Shown here piece by piece: positions 35,709-45,088 of a DNA stretch of 64,000 nt. The translations under genes and the position numbers were made by a program. Source of the DNA: a virus. Lineage: Duplodnaviria > Heunggongvirae > Uroviricota > Caudoviricetes. The stretch spans positions 22,993-86,992 of IMG/VR virus record IMGVR_UViG_3300032038_000047, one strand, 5' to 3'. Within the stretch, counting starts at the first letter, position 1. Each line of letters opens with the position of its first letter. The notes beneath the pieces were generated by a model, which had not been told where the DNA came from, searched no databases, and saw nothing but the letters and a program-made list of their open reading frames with translations.

Positions 35709-36487
35709 TGATCAACATTGAAAACAGTGTAGTAAACGGCTGGGAAGCGGCCATTCGAGGCATGAGAAACCCTATGAATTCTTGGGAGAAGTCCGATAGC
35801 TGGTTTGAAGATATCTTTGATGACTATGATGATTGTGAAGCTCATAATATATGTGGTCAATGGATGTGGTATGATTGCGCTCAAAAACCAGCACCAGGAG
35901 ATGATACTATGATCGGCCCCAATGACCACAAGCTCATGATGCAGCTCGCCAAGGCTGGGACTGAGCATTCAAAATACCGGCGGTTCATTACCGTGACTGC
36001 GGATATTACGGCGCCGCTTTACTGGTGGAAGGAGTATGACACCTATAAGGTCGGAACTGTGGCTAACAGCTGCTCCACTATGCATAAGATCCATGCGAAA
36101 GAGTTTACGCTGGAGGATTTCTCCCGTGAGCATATTGATCCGAGATTTATTACTGTCTCTGAAAATGGCAAGGATTATGTCAACTACTTTGACAGCAGCC
36201 AGCAGCAGTTTAAGTTATCCTATCTTGACGTGTTACGGCTTACAATAGAGGCTCTTAATTGTGCACGAAAGAAATACCTCGAAACCAAAGACAAATGCTA
36301 TTGGTGGCAGATGATCCATCTCCTCCCGACATCCTATAATCAGCGGCGGACAGTTCTGCTCAATTACGAGAACCTGGCGGCCATCTACCGGCAGCGGAAA
36401 GACCACAAGCTGGACGAATGGCATTCCTTCTGCGACTGGATCGAGTCGCTTCCATTCAGTGAAATCATTACGCTGAAAGAGGATTGA
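35708..36487 (+). CDS. Hypothetical protein
   Basis: 259 aa ORF. No confident family was recognised. Confidence 0.45.
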   Translation: MINIENSVVNGWEAAIRGMRNPMNSWEKSDSWFEDIFDDYDDCEAHNICGQWMWYDCAQKPAPGDDTMIGPNDHKLMMQLAKAGTEHSKYRRFITVTADITAPLYWWKEYDTYKVGTVANSCSTMHKIHAKEFTLEDFSREHIDPRFITVSENGKDYVNYFDSSQQQFKLSYLDVLRLTIEALNCARKKYLETKDKCYWWQMIHLLPTSYNQRRTVLLNYENLAAIYRQRKDHKLDEWHSFCDWIESLPFSEIITLKED

Positions 36488-36561
36488 TATTCTCACCCGA
36501 CACGGAAGGGCCTGCGGAAACGTGGGTCCTTCTTTTTTTATTTGTGAAAGGAGATGACGGT

Positions 36562-37170
36562 ATGGGCCAAAGACTGAATGTTGAGATTACCAAAAACGGT
36601 GATATTCTGGCCAATGCCTATTACCACTGGGACGCCTATACTTCCACAGCGGTGCTGAAGACCGAGCGTATCATTCGTGACTTCCTGGAAATTTACGGAA
36701 TACCGCTTAAGTATTACCCGGATGAGATAACGGATCTTGAGATTGCGACAAGGCTTTTGATTATGACGGGTGCCGGAGTCAATGCGGAGGAATCGATTCG
36801 GATTGCCGACAGCGATATTTCAAAAAGACTGATAGCAGAGGGAATCATTCTTCCGAAAAGCGTTAATCGCAGTGCCGGATTGATCGCAGTCACCAAGGAA
36901 GGAATCGAGGAAACCCGAAAGTGGGAAGAAGGCCGTGTCACCATTGATATTGGCACTAAACAAGTGAATTTCCAGGTGTGCAGTTTCTGTACCAAGGAAG
37001 AGATCGACACGTACTACGATGACGTGGAAGCCTCTAAGTTTGTTGAATGCGACTTTGATATTTCCAATCTGCACTTCAACGACTTCCTTCACGGGACCGT
37101 TTCTAAGTTTGTCACAGCGCATCCGGACGGTTACAAGCACGGAGACGATTATATTTTGTGGATTGAGTGA
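36562..37170 (+). CDS. Hypothetical protein
   Basis: GAAAGGAGATGA RBS ahead of the ATG at 36562. Confidence 0.45.
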   Translation: MGQRLNVEITKNGDILANAYYHWDAYTSTAVLKTERIIRDFLEIYGIPLKYYPDEITDLEIATRLLIMTGAGVNAEESIRIADSDISKRLIAEGIILPKSVNRSAGLIAVTKEGIEETRKWEEGRVTIDIGTKQVNFQVCSFCTKEEIDTYYDDVEASKFVECDFDISNLHFNDFLHGTVSKFVTAHPDGYKHGDDYILWIE

Positions 37171-37182
37171 GGAGGGCTCAGT

Positions 37183-37389
37183 TTGGCAGTAATCAAGAAA
37201 GAGTATTGGATGTGTGATATTTGCGGCTTTCAAGAAAATGAGGCACCCGCAAGAGACTGGAAGTTCATGTTCGGACCGACCACGACTCCCACCGGCGGCT
37301 TTCGTGAACGTGACCGGGTGGATATTTGCCCGGAATGTTTTCGAAAACTAAAGCTCAAAATTGCAGAAATTCAGGCGACGTACATCTGA
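37183..37389 (+). CDS. Small zinc-ribbon protein
   Basis: 'CDICGF...CPEC' gives two CxxC pairs. Confidence 0.4.
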   Translation: MAVIKKEYWMCDICGFQENEAPARDWKFMFGPTTTPTGGFRERDRVDICPECFRKLKLKIAEIQATYI

Positions 37390-37403
37390 AAGGAGAGGAT
37401 AGT

Positions 37404-38006
37404 ATGGGCTGGCTTTGTTATGACAGCACCGAATTATATTCCAACGGAAAAGTCAACCGAAAGAAAGAGATGGACAAAATCAGCACCTGGGACTCTGAGC
37501 ATTCTTCCGGCCGGGTGCTGAAGTCTACTATGTACGGTCGTGTGTATTATGCGGCTTTAGAATGCACGAATAAGGATACCGGAGCGAAAAAAGTAGTTGC
37601 CTCAGTCTGCCTGACATGCGGAAAGGACCGAATGGACAAGCACAGCCATAACTTCGGCTACAAGGACATGGATGAGTCAATGGGGCCTCATTACTATGAT
37701 TGCCCGGAATCCATTTTGGGGCTGCTTTCTCCAACAGACAATGAGGAAGCCCTGCTGTGGCGGGAGCGCTGCCATAAGTTGAATCGGCGAAAGAAGCTGC
37801 TGAAAAACGCCGGAAGGATTCGCGTCATGTTCAACCGTGATATTCAGTTCAACTTCGCCGAGACCATCCCTGCCGGGAAATGGGTGACGCTGAGTAAGGA
37901 ACGGCACGGCCATAAACGTAAGCGTGCATACTGGGTTACCGAAGATGGCGGATACCTGCATAACGGGTTTGTTGTCAACTGCGCCGAGGAGCTGGAGATC
38001 TTATGA
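37404..38006 (+). CDS. Hypothetical Cys/His-rich protein
   Basis: 200 aa with AAAGGAGAGGA RBS. Confidence 0.45.
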   Translation: MGWLCYDSTELYSNGKVNRKKEMDKISTWDSEHSSGRVLKSTMYGRVYYAALECTNKDTGAKKVVASVCLTCGKDRMDKHSHNFGYKDMDESMGPHYYDCPESILGLLSPTDNEEALLWRERCHKLNRRKKLLKNAGRIRVMFNRDIQFNFAETIPAGKWVTLSKERHGHKRKRAYWVTEDGGYLHNGFVVNCAEELEIL

Positions 38007-38088
38007 GCAGAAGCCTTCTTTGGGTTTTTATGACCGTATTCTTTGCGGTCTTTGTGATCACTTACAATTTATTTAACAGAAAGGACAA

Positions 38089-39039
38089 ATGATTATGGAT
38101 GGAAAGAAGATATTTGCAATTGTGATGGCGGCTATCATTGCATTTGTGGCCGCTGTGTTTACGATCGACTGCGCCGAGCGAGTCCCTGTGGGTTATGTCG
38201 GCGTCGTATATTCTGCCAAAGGCGTGGAACAAGAGACGCTCCCTCAGGGTTGGCACTGGCTGCACCCATTCAAGGAAGTTAAAGAGTTCCCGATTTCTCA
38301 GCAGCAGATCGTATTTTCCAATAATCCTGCTGATTATGACAAGGACGAGCACGCAGACTGGCATATCGATGCTCCTGCCGATGGGGGCATGCTCAAGCTT
38401 AACCTGACTGTCAATTACAACTTCGTACCGGACCGTGTGGTGGAGCTCTATACCCGCTTCAATGGCATGGATGGAGAGAGTATTGTCGAATCCCGAGTGC
38501 AGAACAGTATCATCGCCTATGTCAAGGAAGTCACAACTCGCTATACCGTCATGGATATTTACTCCGATAAGAAAGCAGAGGTCAACCAGGCTCTTACAGA
38601 ATACCTGGATGAAAGGCTGACTTCTGAGTATGGTATCAATGTCTCTGCGGCTCTGATAATTGACGTACAGCTGGACGAGACCCTGACCGATAAGATCCGT
38701 GCCAAAGAGCAGGCCAAACAGGACGTGGAGATTGCCGAGCTGGAGAGACAGACTGCTCTGGCCCAGGCTGAGACAAACAAAGCGATTGCAGAGTCTGAGG
38801 CAGAGGTGGCCAAGATCAAAGCAGAATCAGAAGCTGAGATCAAGCGCATCCAGGCGGAAGCCGCGGCGGAGGCCAAGAAGATTGGCTCTGAGGCTGAAAG
38901 AGCTGCGAACGACGAGATCAAAGCGGGGCTCAATGATGATATTCTGGACTACAAAAAGATCGAGAAGTGGAATGGTCAGCTTCCTGATGTCGTCACCGGC
39001 TCAGATAGCGGCACCATGCTGGATATTCCGGTGGAGTGA
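38089..39039 (+). CDS. SPFH/band-7 (stomatin/prohibitin/flotillin-like) membrane protein
   Basis: N-terminal TM (IFAIVMAAIIAFVAAVFTI), a core typical of the SPFH fold ('VPVGYVGVV...LNLTVNY...'), and a long Ala/Glu/Lys-rich coiled-coil C-terminus (AEAEVAKIKAESEAEIKRIQAEAAAEAKK). Confidence 0.6.
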   Translation: MIMDGKKIFAIVMAAIIAFVAAVFTIDCAERVPVGYVGVVYSAKGVEQETLPQGWHWLHPFKEVKEFPISQQQIVFSNNPADYDKDEHADWHIDAPADGGMLKLNLTVNYNFVPDRVVELYTRFNGMDGESIVESRVQNSIIAYVKEVTTRYTVMDIYSDKKAEVNQALTEYLDERLTSEYGINVSAALIIDVQLDETLTDKIRAKEQAKQDVEIAELERQTALAQAETNKAIAESEAEVAKIKAESEAEIKRIQAEAAAEAKKIGSEAERAANDEIKAGLNDDILDYKKIEKWNGQLPDVVTGSDSGTMLDIPVE

Positions 39040-39041
39040 GT

Positions 39042-39419
39042 ATGAGATACGAGCATGTAAGAATTGCCCGGTGCAAGGACTGCAAACACAGGCCGGTGAA
39101 ACCAAAGGACTATACAGACGGTTTTGATCTGGAATTCCCGGATGATATTTGCCCTTGTCAGTGTGAAGACGGGTATTATTCCTGGTATCCTCCTGACGAC
39201 TGGTTCTGCCCCAAAGGTGAAGAAAAGCCTGAGGAGGAAATGGAGATCGACCCGGACGACCCATTTGAGGCGGATATTCGGAAAGCAATAAAGCATATTC
39301 AGAAAACGGCAGCGGACATCCAAGCCGTTTTGCTGTCTCCTGACTCCAGTAAAGATCCTTCAGAAGAACCGGCTATCAAGATTGTAGATGAGGATGGCGT
39401 CAAGGGGATATTTCTATGA
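39042..39419 (+). CDS. Cys-rich hypothetical protein
   Basis: About 125 aa. 'CKDCKHR...CPCQCEDG...CPKG' is a zinc-binding-like Cys cluster. Confidence 0.4.
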   Translation: MRYEHVRIARCKDCKHRPVKPKDYTDGFDLEFPDDICPCQCEDGYYSWYPPDDWFCPKGEEKPEEEMEIDPDDPFEADIRKAIKHIQKTAADIQAVLLSPDSSKDPSEEPAIKIVDEDGVKGIFL

Positions 39420-39688
39420 CTCTGGAGGAATTCGTCGAGGCGCTTGAAAAAGGAAGCGTAATTATTCCCGGGCGATGTAATGGTAAAACGCTTATGATGA
39501 TTCGTGCTCTGGAGAAAGCACCGCATTTATGCATGCCAAGGCACATAGGGGAAACGGCACATCGCCACTATACTGACCAAGTTGATGCACTATTATATTC
39601 TTTGAAAGCAAAGGAGATCTGTGATGCCGAACATAAGAAAGACCCTGCCGGAGAACGAGACGGTATGGGTGATGAGCACGCTGGATAA
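39416..39688 (+). CDS. Hypothetical protein
   Basis: 90 aa ORF. Its 3' end overlaps the better-supported ORF at 39621, so it is uncertain. Confidence 0.3.
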   Translation: MTLEEFVEALEKGSVIIPGRCNGKTLMMIRALEKAPHLCMPRHIGETAHRHYTDQVDALLYSLKAKEICDAEHKKDPAGERDGMGDEHAG

Positions 39689-39818
39689 CGGGACGATCTA
39701 TTATATTACGTCGGATCGGACCAGAATGAGCTATAACCTCTGGCGGCAGGTAGACGGCGGTTACAAATACATCTGCAAGCATGCGTCGCCAAACATTCTT
39801 GCCAAACGGATGGTGTGA
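39621..39818 (+). CDS. Small hypothetical protein
   Basis: 65 aa with a strong RBS (AAAGGAGATCTGTG-ATG). Confidence 0.4.
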   Translation: MMPNIRKTLPENETVWVMSTLDNGTIYYITSDRTRMSYNLWRQVDGGYKYICKHASPNILAKRMV

Positions 39819-39843
39819 TATTTGTGAAAAGGAGATGGTATTG

Positions 39844-40179
39844 ATGAAGGTAATGGTAGTGGAGCCCATGAAGGTTCCTGAGGTTAAGGAGATCAGTGGA
39901 AGCCTGAAGAGTATGCAGGAGGTTGTCGGCGGATACATCGAGGGATATTATCCGTTCGAGAAGGAACCGCTGGCCATTGTCTGCAACGAGGAAGGAAAGC
40001 TGCTTGGCCTTCCGCAGAACCGGATGGTCATACAGGATCACAGTCCCGTGGATATTCTCTGCGGGACTTTCTTTATCTGCAGTTTGGACCAGGAAGAGGA
40101 GGGTTTCAGCTCCCTGACGGATGAGCAGATCCAGTGGCTGCAGAGTCGGATCAGTACGGCAGGGATATTTGTGAGCTGA
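39844..40179 (+). CDS. Hypothetical protein
   Basis: 111 aa with GAAAAGGAGATGG RBS. Confidence 0.45.
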   Translation: MKVMVVEPMKVPEVKEISGSLKSMQEVVGGYIEGYYPFEKEPLAIVCNEEGKLLGLPQNRMVIQDHSPVDILCGTFFICSLDQEEEGFSSLTDEQIQWLQSRISTAGIFVS

Positions 40180-40211
40180 AGCATCCGCAAAAATTACAAG
40201 TATCATAGTGG

Positions 40212-40335
40212 AAGGTAAATGTATAGACCCTTAAGACATCCGAAGCTTGGGCTAAGATCCAAGTGAGATGGTAGGTGAAAGTCCTACTCTATACATCTAA
40301 GCAGTAGCGTGGCTCACCTTCCACTTATTTTTTCT
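40212..40335 (+). ncRNA. Candidate structured small RNA or leader (long imperfect hairpin plus U-tract) downstream of a promoter motif
   Basis: The promoter-like motif at 40184-40211 is followed by GTGGAAGGT...(GTATAGAC...GTCTACTCTATAC)...ACCTTCCAC and TTATTTTTT. No ORF is present, and the RBS and start of the next gene follow at 40340-40352. Confidence 0.35.
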
Positions 40336-40351
40336 AAAGGAGAACTGATCT

Positions 40352-40609
40352 ATGGAGATGACTGGCAAGTTGGTGGTTTGCGATATTTGTGCCAACAGCG
40401 TGTTTCTGAAGTTCACCGGAGAAAAAGACCTGGACGGAGGCTTTACTCGGTTTAATACTTTTGAAAGCAGCCCGGACGGATGGGACCGGTATAAAGATAT
40501 CGGCCAAGTATGCCCGACATGCCATGAAAAGATCATTAACTATGCGAATGAGCTCAAACGACATAATGATCATTACGCAACGATGGTTATGCTTCCTAAG
40601 GAGGAATGA
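40352..40609 (+). CDS. Small zinc-ribbon protein
   Basis: 'CDICAN...CPTCHEK' gives CxxC pairs. Confidence 0.45.
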   Translation: MEMTGKLVVCDICANSVFLKFTGEKDLDGGFTRFNTFESSPDGWDRYKDIGQVCPTCHEKIINYANELKRHNDHYATMVMLPKEE

Positions 40610-40768
40610 CAATGTACACAGTCGTCTTTCTCAATGAGCGAGGAGTGCGGGTGACAAAGAAGTTCGACTCGCCATACCTCGCTCGGATATTTGTGAATAA
40701 GATCAACCATTCCAAGAGGTGCCAATTAGTTTCGGCGCCTCTATTTTCTTAAGGAAGGGGATTATTGT

Positions 40769-40963
40769 ATGGGTGCTATTCTCGCGATTCGTATCTATGT
40801 TACCGACCACTATACGCCTATGGCAGACTTGAAGACCGTAAATGGGGAAGTTATCACGATTCGATGGACGGATGTAGAGGCCCGCAGACAATATGAGCCA
40901 TTTATCACTGGCTACACTCTTATCTATGATGAGCGTCCGAAGCGTGCCTGGGACGAATGGTAA
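40769..40963 (+). CDS. Small hypothetical protein
   Basis: 64 aa with AAGGAAGGGG RBS. Confidence 0.35.
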   Translation: MGAILAIRIYVTDHYTPMADLKTVNGEVITIRWTDVEARRQYEPFITGYTLIYDERPKRAWDEW

Positions 40964-40976
40964 AAGAGGGATATTT

Positions 40977-41198
40977 ATGAGTTGCAAAATAAATGGCATT
41001 GATGCCCCTGCAACATGCTCCGAATGCTGGTTTCGATCAGAACCGGAACTGACATCGGTTCACAACGAACCTACTTTATTCAAATATATCAGTGAGTGTA
41101 TGGTTGCTCCAATAGAAATAGAAGACCCGTGGAGAGATATATCATGGCAGCTTGAGCATAAAGAAGAATGGTGCCCAATAGAGCAACTAGACGATTAA
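40977..41198 (+). CDS. Small Cys-containing hypothetical protein
   Basis: In-frame ATG following a GGGATATTT junction. Confidence 0.35.
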   Translation: MSCKINGIDAPATCSECWFRSEPELTSVHNEPTLFKYISECMVAPIEIEDPWRDISWQLEHKEEWCPIEQLDD

Positions 41199-41210
41199 GG
41201 AGAGATATTT

Positions 41211-41729
41211 ATGGCGTCTTTAACACCGGCATGGGACAAACTCATGGCAACCTGCTTTGCGAAAGTGGATGCCGAACGACTTGAACGCAAGATAGGGTAT
41301 GTACTTCTCGGGTTTCGGCCCATAGATAACACCTACTCTATCATCATATTAACGGGACCACCAGCTTGCGGAAAAAGCACTGTGCTGCACATCATCCGGA
41401 AACTGTTCAACAACGAGAATACTAATCGTATTTATGCCGCCATATTTCATGACTGGGACCTGAAAAATCTTGACCAATTCAATCCGAATGGTTTTATATT
41501 TACCGCCACTAACATCACGAAAGGGCTATTCTCCCTCAAGCCAAAACATGAAGGATATTATACGGCGTTGGATGTTATGCCACACAAATGCGGGTCAGCG
41601 CCACTTCCGTTAGAAGAATATAGACAACTCGTACGTGAGATCACCACGACTGAACTGGATGCAATCGCTGACAAATGCAAGGCCCACGTTAAGAAGCGCT
41701 TTCCAAAGGATCATTTTCAGCATCCATGA
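41211..41729 (+). CDS. P-loop NTPase / small kinase-like protein
   Basis: Walker A 'LTGPPACGKST'. The 172-aa size fits a nucleotide or polynucleotide kinase-like fold. Confidence 0.5.
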   Translation: MASLTPAWDKLMATCFAKVDAERLERKIGYVLLGFRPIDNTYSIIILTGPPACGKSTVLHIIRKLFNNENTNRIYAAIFHDWDLKNLDQFNPNGFIFTATNITKGLFSLKPKHEGYYTALDVMPHKCGSAPLPLEEYRQLVREITTTELDAIADKCKAHVKKRFPKDHFQHP

Positions 41730-41770
41730 ACTCAAGTTGTACGAATAAGATAGGTTTTAGGAGGAAAATA

Positions 41771-42130
41771 ATGGGCGATATTGTAAATATGAAAATCACC
41801 GGTACATCCATCACTATGGCTGACCATGGATGCCTTACCTTCTATGTTTATCTGGAAGGTAACGGATTCGGCTGTTGTTACGGTGGGTACTGCATTGGGC
41901 ACGGCTATCTCGGAGCGAAGAATTTTAATGGGTCGAGCAAGGGCCCGGAGGCCATGGCCAGAATCATGGATACGGTCGGTGTAGATACGTGGGAAGACCT
42001 CCCCGGAAAGTATATCCGGGTCGTTGACGCCGGCTTGGGAAGGTCCATTACCAAAATTGGAAATGTCATAGATGACAAGTGGTTTGACATTAAAGAGTTT
42101 TTCGAGAAAGACGACAAGCGGATGATTTGA
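41771..42130 (+). CDS. Hypothetical Gly/Cys-rich protein
   Basis: TTAGGAGGAAAATA RBS ahead of the ATG at 41771. Confidence 0.4.
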   Translation: MGDIVNMKITGTSITMADHGCLTFYVYLEGNGFGCCYGGYCIGHGYLGAKNFNGSSKGPEAMARIMDTVGVDTWEDLPGKYIRVVDAGLGRSITKIGNVIDDKWFDIKEFFEKDDKRMI

Positions 42131-42254
42131 AAGAATGGCTCGCTATGGAAACCAGAAAGGACGGTGCTGACAATGGATAGGCTGACCAATCGAAGCCCTG
42201 CTTATCTGGACCGTGACGTCTATTTCAACTATGTAACGAAAGGAGTGCTGCCAG

Positions 42255-42497
42255 ATGGCTATAATCTATAAATGTGACCGCTGTGGGGCTGTGTATGAAA
42301 AATTATTAGCCGTTCTCGCGCCCACAGAGCCTTCGTATTTCAATGGATTCAGATTCGTGCGTACTAGCCTCGGTGGAGCGAGCACTTGCTATAGTAACGT
42401 TCATGACCTCTGCCCAGATTGTATGGCTGAGTTGAGAGACTGGTTCACTATGGAAACCAGGAAGGAGAATGATGTTCATGGACAAACAGATTCTTAA
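42255..42497 (+). CDS. Small zinc-ribbon protein
   Basis: 'CDRCG...CPDC'. Confidence 0.4.
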   Translation: MAIIYKCDRCGAVYEKLLAVLAPTEPSYFNGFRFVRTSLGGASTCYSNVHDLCPDCMAELRDWFTMETRKENDVHGQTDS

Positions 42498-42855
42498 CTG
42501 CCCAAACTGCGGGGCTCCGATTGGGACTTGGGATCCGTCGCAGTCCTGGGCGTACAAGTGTAAATACTGCGGGACGACGTTCTGGGACTTTGCCGCCATG
42601 GATATTGATGCGCACCAGCCGTTCTTTATGCGTCTCAAGATTCATGGAGCGATTCATATTTTGCCGGTTATGCTGGAGTCTATGACGGTCAGCATGGAAC
42701 CGCCGGAGACCGTCAAACTGTATGCCGACAATAGCATCTACTACCAAACGCTTCAAACTGGTGAGCCAGACACGATGATTGAGATGAGATTCCGGAACGT
42801 GCCGAACGGCGGCTGGAAGAGCGTAACGTATGAGGGAAAGGATGGTTCAAAATGA
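42469..42855 (+). CDS. Zinc-ribbon hypothetical protein
   Basis: 'CPNCGAP...CKYCGT'. Confidence 0.4.
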   Translation: MMFMDKQILNCPNCGAPIGTWDPSQSWAYKCKYCGTTFWDFAAMDIDAHQPFFMRLKIHGAIHILPVMLESMTVSMEPPETVKLYADNSIYYQTLQTGEPDTMIEMRFRNVPNGGWKSVTYEGKDGSK

Positions 42856-43124
42856 AGACTATGCATATTATGTTTGAAGGCGAGCACACAATGAGTTCTT
42901 CGTTTATCTCCTATTTGAGAAGTATTGTCGATTTAGCCGATCGTGGTCGAACTGTACGGTTTTCTGAAACAGATTTTGTTGACATTCAGAATATACTGTT
43001 TGCTATCACTGACGCAAGGTCAGAAACGAGCATTACGTATAAAGAATATGTAACATTATCCAACGCTGCTGAAATCGTAAAAGACTATATTGAGGAGCAG
43101 ATTAGACAGGATGGTTCAAAATGA
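42852..43124 (+). CDS. Hypothetical protein
   Basis: 90 aa, translationally coupled. Confidence 0.35.
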   Translation: MKTMHIMFEGEHTMSSSFISYLRSIVDLADRGRTVRFSETDFVDIQNILFAITDARSETSITYKEYVTLSNAAEIVKDYIEEQIRQDGSK

Positions 43125-43405
43125 GTGCCAGCTTTGCCGACATTGTCCATACATTGTCTCGAAAAAGAAACGAGCTTTATGAAAGAAAACGAGCTGTCGA
43201 GATAGAAATGCAACGACAGATAGAGGAAATTGAGGACGAAATTGCAAACCTTGATTCTGCGTTGGGTACTCTCAATAAAGCCATTTCAGACTATCTTTGT
43301 GCAACATGCAAGGGAACAGGGAGCATAAGGAAATGCGATGCCGCCGGACAAATGGAGGAAGTCACATGCCCATGTTGTCACGGAACCGGTATCATTACGC
43401 AGTAG
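43121..43405 (+). CDS. Coiled-coil plus zinc-ribbon protein
   Basis: 'CATCKGTG...CPCCHGTG'. Confidence 0.4.
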   Translation: MSASFADIVHTLSRKRNELYERKRAVEIEMQRQIEEIEDEIANLDSALGTLNKAISDYLCATCKGTGSIRKCDAAGQMEEVTCPCCHGTGIITQ

Positions 43406-43426
43406 TACTATAAGAAAGGACAATAA

Positions 43427-43654
43427 ATGACAGTATTTATATTTCTGCTGCGGTGGCTGAGCAACATAGCGGACCGCGCCAATTTCGGAAAATTTTCCGA
43501 GGGGGATCTTCTGGAAATCCAAACGTTTCAGGCAGTGCTGCTTGAGAGCACAAACCGCGGTGATATTTCCAGTCAGACCCGAACAGACCTGTGGAACCTG
43601 GCAGACATTGTCCGGGAGCAAATTCGCAAACAAGTGAGAGAGGTGGATGCGTAA
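43427..43654 (+). CDS. Small hypothetical protein
   Basis: 75 aa ORF. Confidence 0.35.
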   Translation: MTVFIFLLRWLSNIADRANFGKFSEGDLLEIQTFQAVLLESTNRGDISSQTRTDLWNLADIVREQIRKQVREVDA

Positions 43655-43830
43655 TGAAGATTATAACCCCAGGTGATATTTCCCTGCTGCTGAGGACCAA
43701 ACGCTTTCGGTGCCCTTACTGCGGCTGCATCTTTGAGGCCGACGAGGGCGAGTATAAACACGGGCCTCAGTGGGAACCGGAAGCCTATTGTGTTTGTCCA
43801 ACGTGTGGGAAGAATGCTTATGAAATGTGA
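43654..43830 (+). CDS. Small zinc-ribbon protein
   Basis: 'CPYCGC...CPTCGK'. The ATG overlaps the previous stop. Confidence 0.35.
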   Translation: MKIITPGDISLLLRTKRFRCPYCGCIFEADEGEYKHGPQWEPEAYCVCPTCGKNAYEM

Positions 43831-43839
43831 GGAGGATGC

Positions 43840-43968
43840 ATGATGAAACGAGACGACATTGAAACAGACGCTGGCGATTGGCTTTCAGTTGATTCTAACC
43901 GGTACGACGACATTGAAACAGACGCTGGCGATTATATTCCGAAGTGCACGGCCAACGGGTCAGAATAG
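43840..43968 (+). CDS. 42-aa acidic peptide with an internal tandem repeat
   Basis: GAGGAGG RBS. 'RDDIETDAGDW' and 'YDDIETDAGDY' come from a 27-nt direct repeat ACGACATTGAAACAGACGCTGGCGATT at 43850-43876 and 43901-43927. Confidence 0.3.
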   Translation: MMKRDDIETDAGDWLSVDSNRYDDIETDAGDYIPKCTANGSE

Positions 43969-43988
43969 TAAAAAGGTGGGATTATCAA

Positions 43989-44600
43989 ATGGCTATGATT
44001 GACTACGGCGCAATCCTTCGAGTGGATGGAAAGATTATCAATAATACCATGTTCATGGACGTGTCCGACACTGGCTGCAAGCCTGCGGATCAAGTGGAGA
44101 TAAACGGAGAGACAATGAACTTCGACGGCGACTTCTTCGTTTACGCCGGAGACGAAAAATTCATGGTAGCGACATACAAGACGTATCTGTGTGTAGTCAG
44201 CGACGGTAGGGTTATCTGGGACAAGTGGCCGTGGGATTGCGATGTTGTGAGCGAGACCCGCTTCTTCGACGGACTTCCTGCGGTAACAATCAGGCACCTT
44301 GACCCGGCGAGGTATCCTGTTTACCCAGAGCCGTTCGACGAATGGCCGGCTTATCTCTGTACAAAAAAAGAAGCTGACAGAATGCGTCTTCGCCATGCCA
44401 AGAGAGCGAGGAAACCACTATACAAGTGTTTCACAAACCGATTTGTCGCAACGTGGGATTACGCCGGGAGGCACTATGAGATCATCTATGGCTACGGCAT
44501 AGACCCGGATGAAGAAGTCTGGTACTACATTAAAAACATGAGCTACGGGTTCACGCAGACCGAGATCGAGGTGATTGATTCCTGGTTTGCAGATACGTAA
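43989..44600 (+). CDS. Hypothetical protein
   Basis: About 203 aa with AAAAGGTGGG RBS. Confidence 0.45.
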   Translation: MAMIDYGAILRVDGKIINNTMFMDVSDTGCKPADQVEINGETMNFDGDFFVYAGDEKFMVATYKTYLCVVSDGRVIWDKWPWDCDVVSETRFFDGLPAVTIRHLDPARYPVYPEPFDEWPAYLCTKKEADRMRLRHAKRARKPLYKCFTNRFVATWDYAGRHYEIIYGYGIDPDEEVWYYIKNMSYGFTQTEIEVIDSWFADT

Positions 44601-44616
44601 TTGAGGAGGATGCATC

Positions 44617-44826
44617 GTGTTTGTTATATCTGATTTCACAAGGGCCGCTCTCAATCAGACGAGTACCAACAACATCCGCGACATCTATGATATTGTGCTC
44701 GGCATCACTGGCAGTGAATCATTAGCGGAACGTGCTGCCCACGTTGCTTCTGACATGCGCTTTGATGACCAGCATTATTTTGGAAATAAGACAACATTAT
44801 TCAAAATTGAGTGTAGAAAGGGATGA
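44617..44826 (+). CDS. Small hypothetical protein
   Basis: GTG start with GAGGAGGA RBS. Confidence 0.35.
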   Translation: MFVISDFTRAALNQTSTNNIRDIYDIVLGITGSESLAERAAHVASDMRFDDQHYFGNKTTLFKIECRKG

Positions 44827-44831
44827 TCTAT

Positions 44832-45080
44832 ATGAGAAATATTCTTGCGATTTTGTTCCTGATATTTGCCATGGTGCCAATGCTGTGCGGCTGCAACTAT
44901 CAGATGATCGACACAAAATACACCTTTGACCGGGCGATCATCCAGCTGCCCGATGGAACCGTTGTTGATGGGAAGGTTCAGTCCTGGCGGGACTATGAGG
45001 ACGGTGACCAGATCCAGGTCAAAATCGACGGCGTTACATATTTGGTGCATGCTGCCGATGTGGCGCTGATTGACGAGTGA
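44832..45080 (+). CDS. Small protein with an N-terminal signal or TM segment
   Basis: 'MRNILAILFLIFAMVPMLCGC' looks like a lipoprotein signal followed by Cys. Confidence 0.4.
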   Translation: MRNILAILFLIFAMVPMLCGCNYQMIDTKYTFDRAIIQLPDGTVVDGKVQSWRDYEDGDQIQVKIDGVTYLVHAADVALIDE

Positions 45081-45088
45081 GGTAACGA

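Noticed and set aside
35708-36487. ThyX / thymidylate-synthase-like annotation.
   Set aside because: The ThyX RHRxxxxS signature and the ThyA motifs could not be found. It is left as hypothetical.
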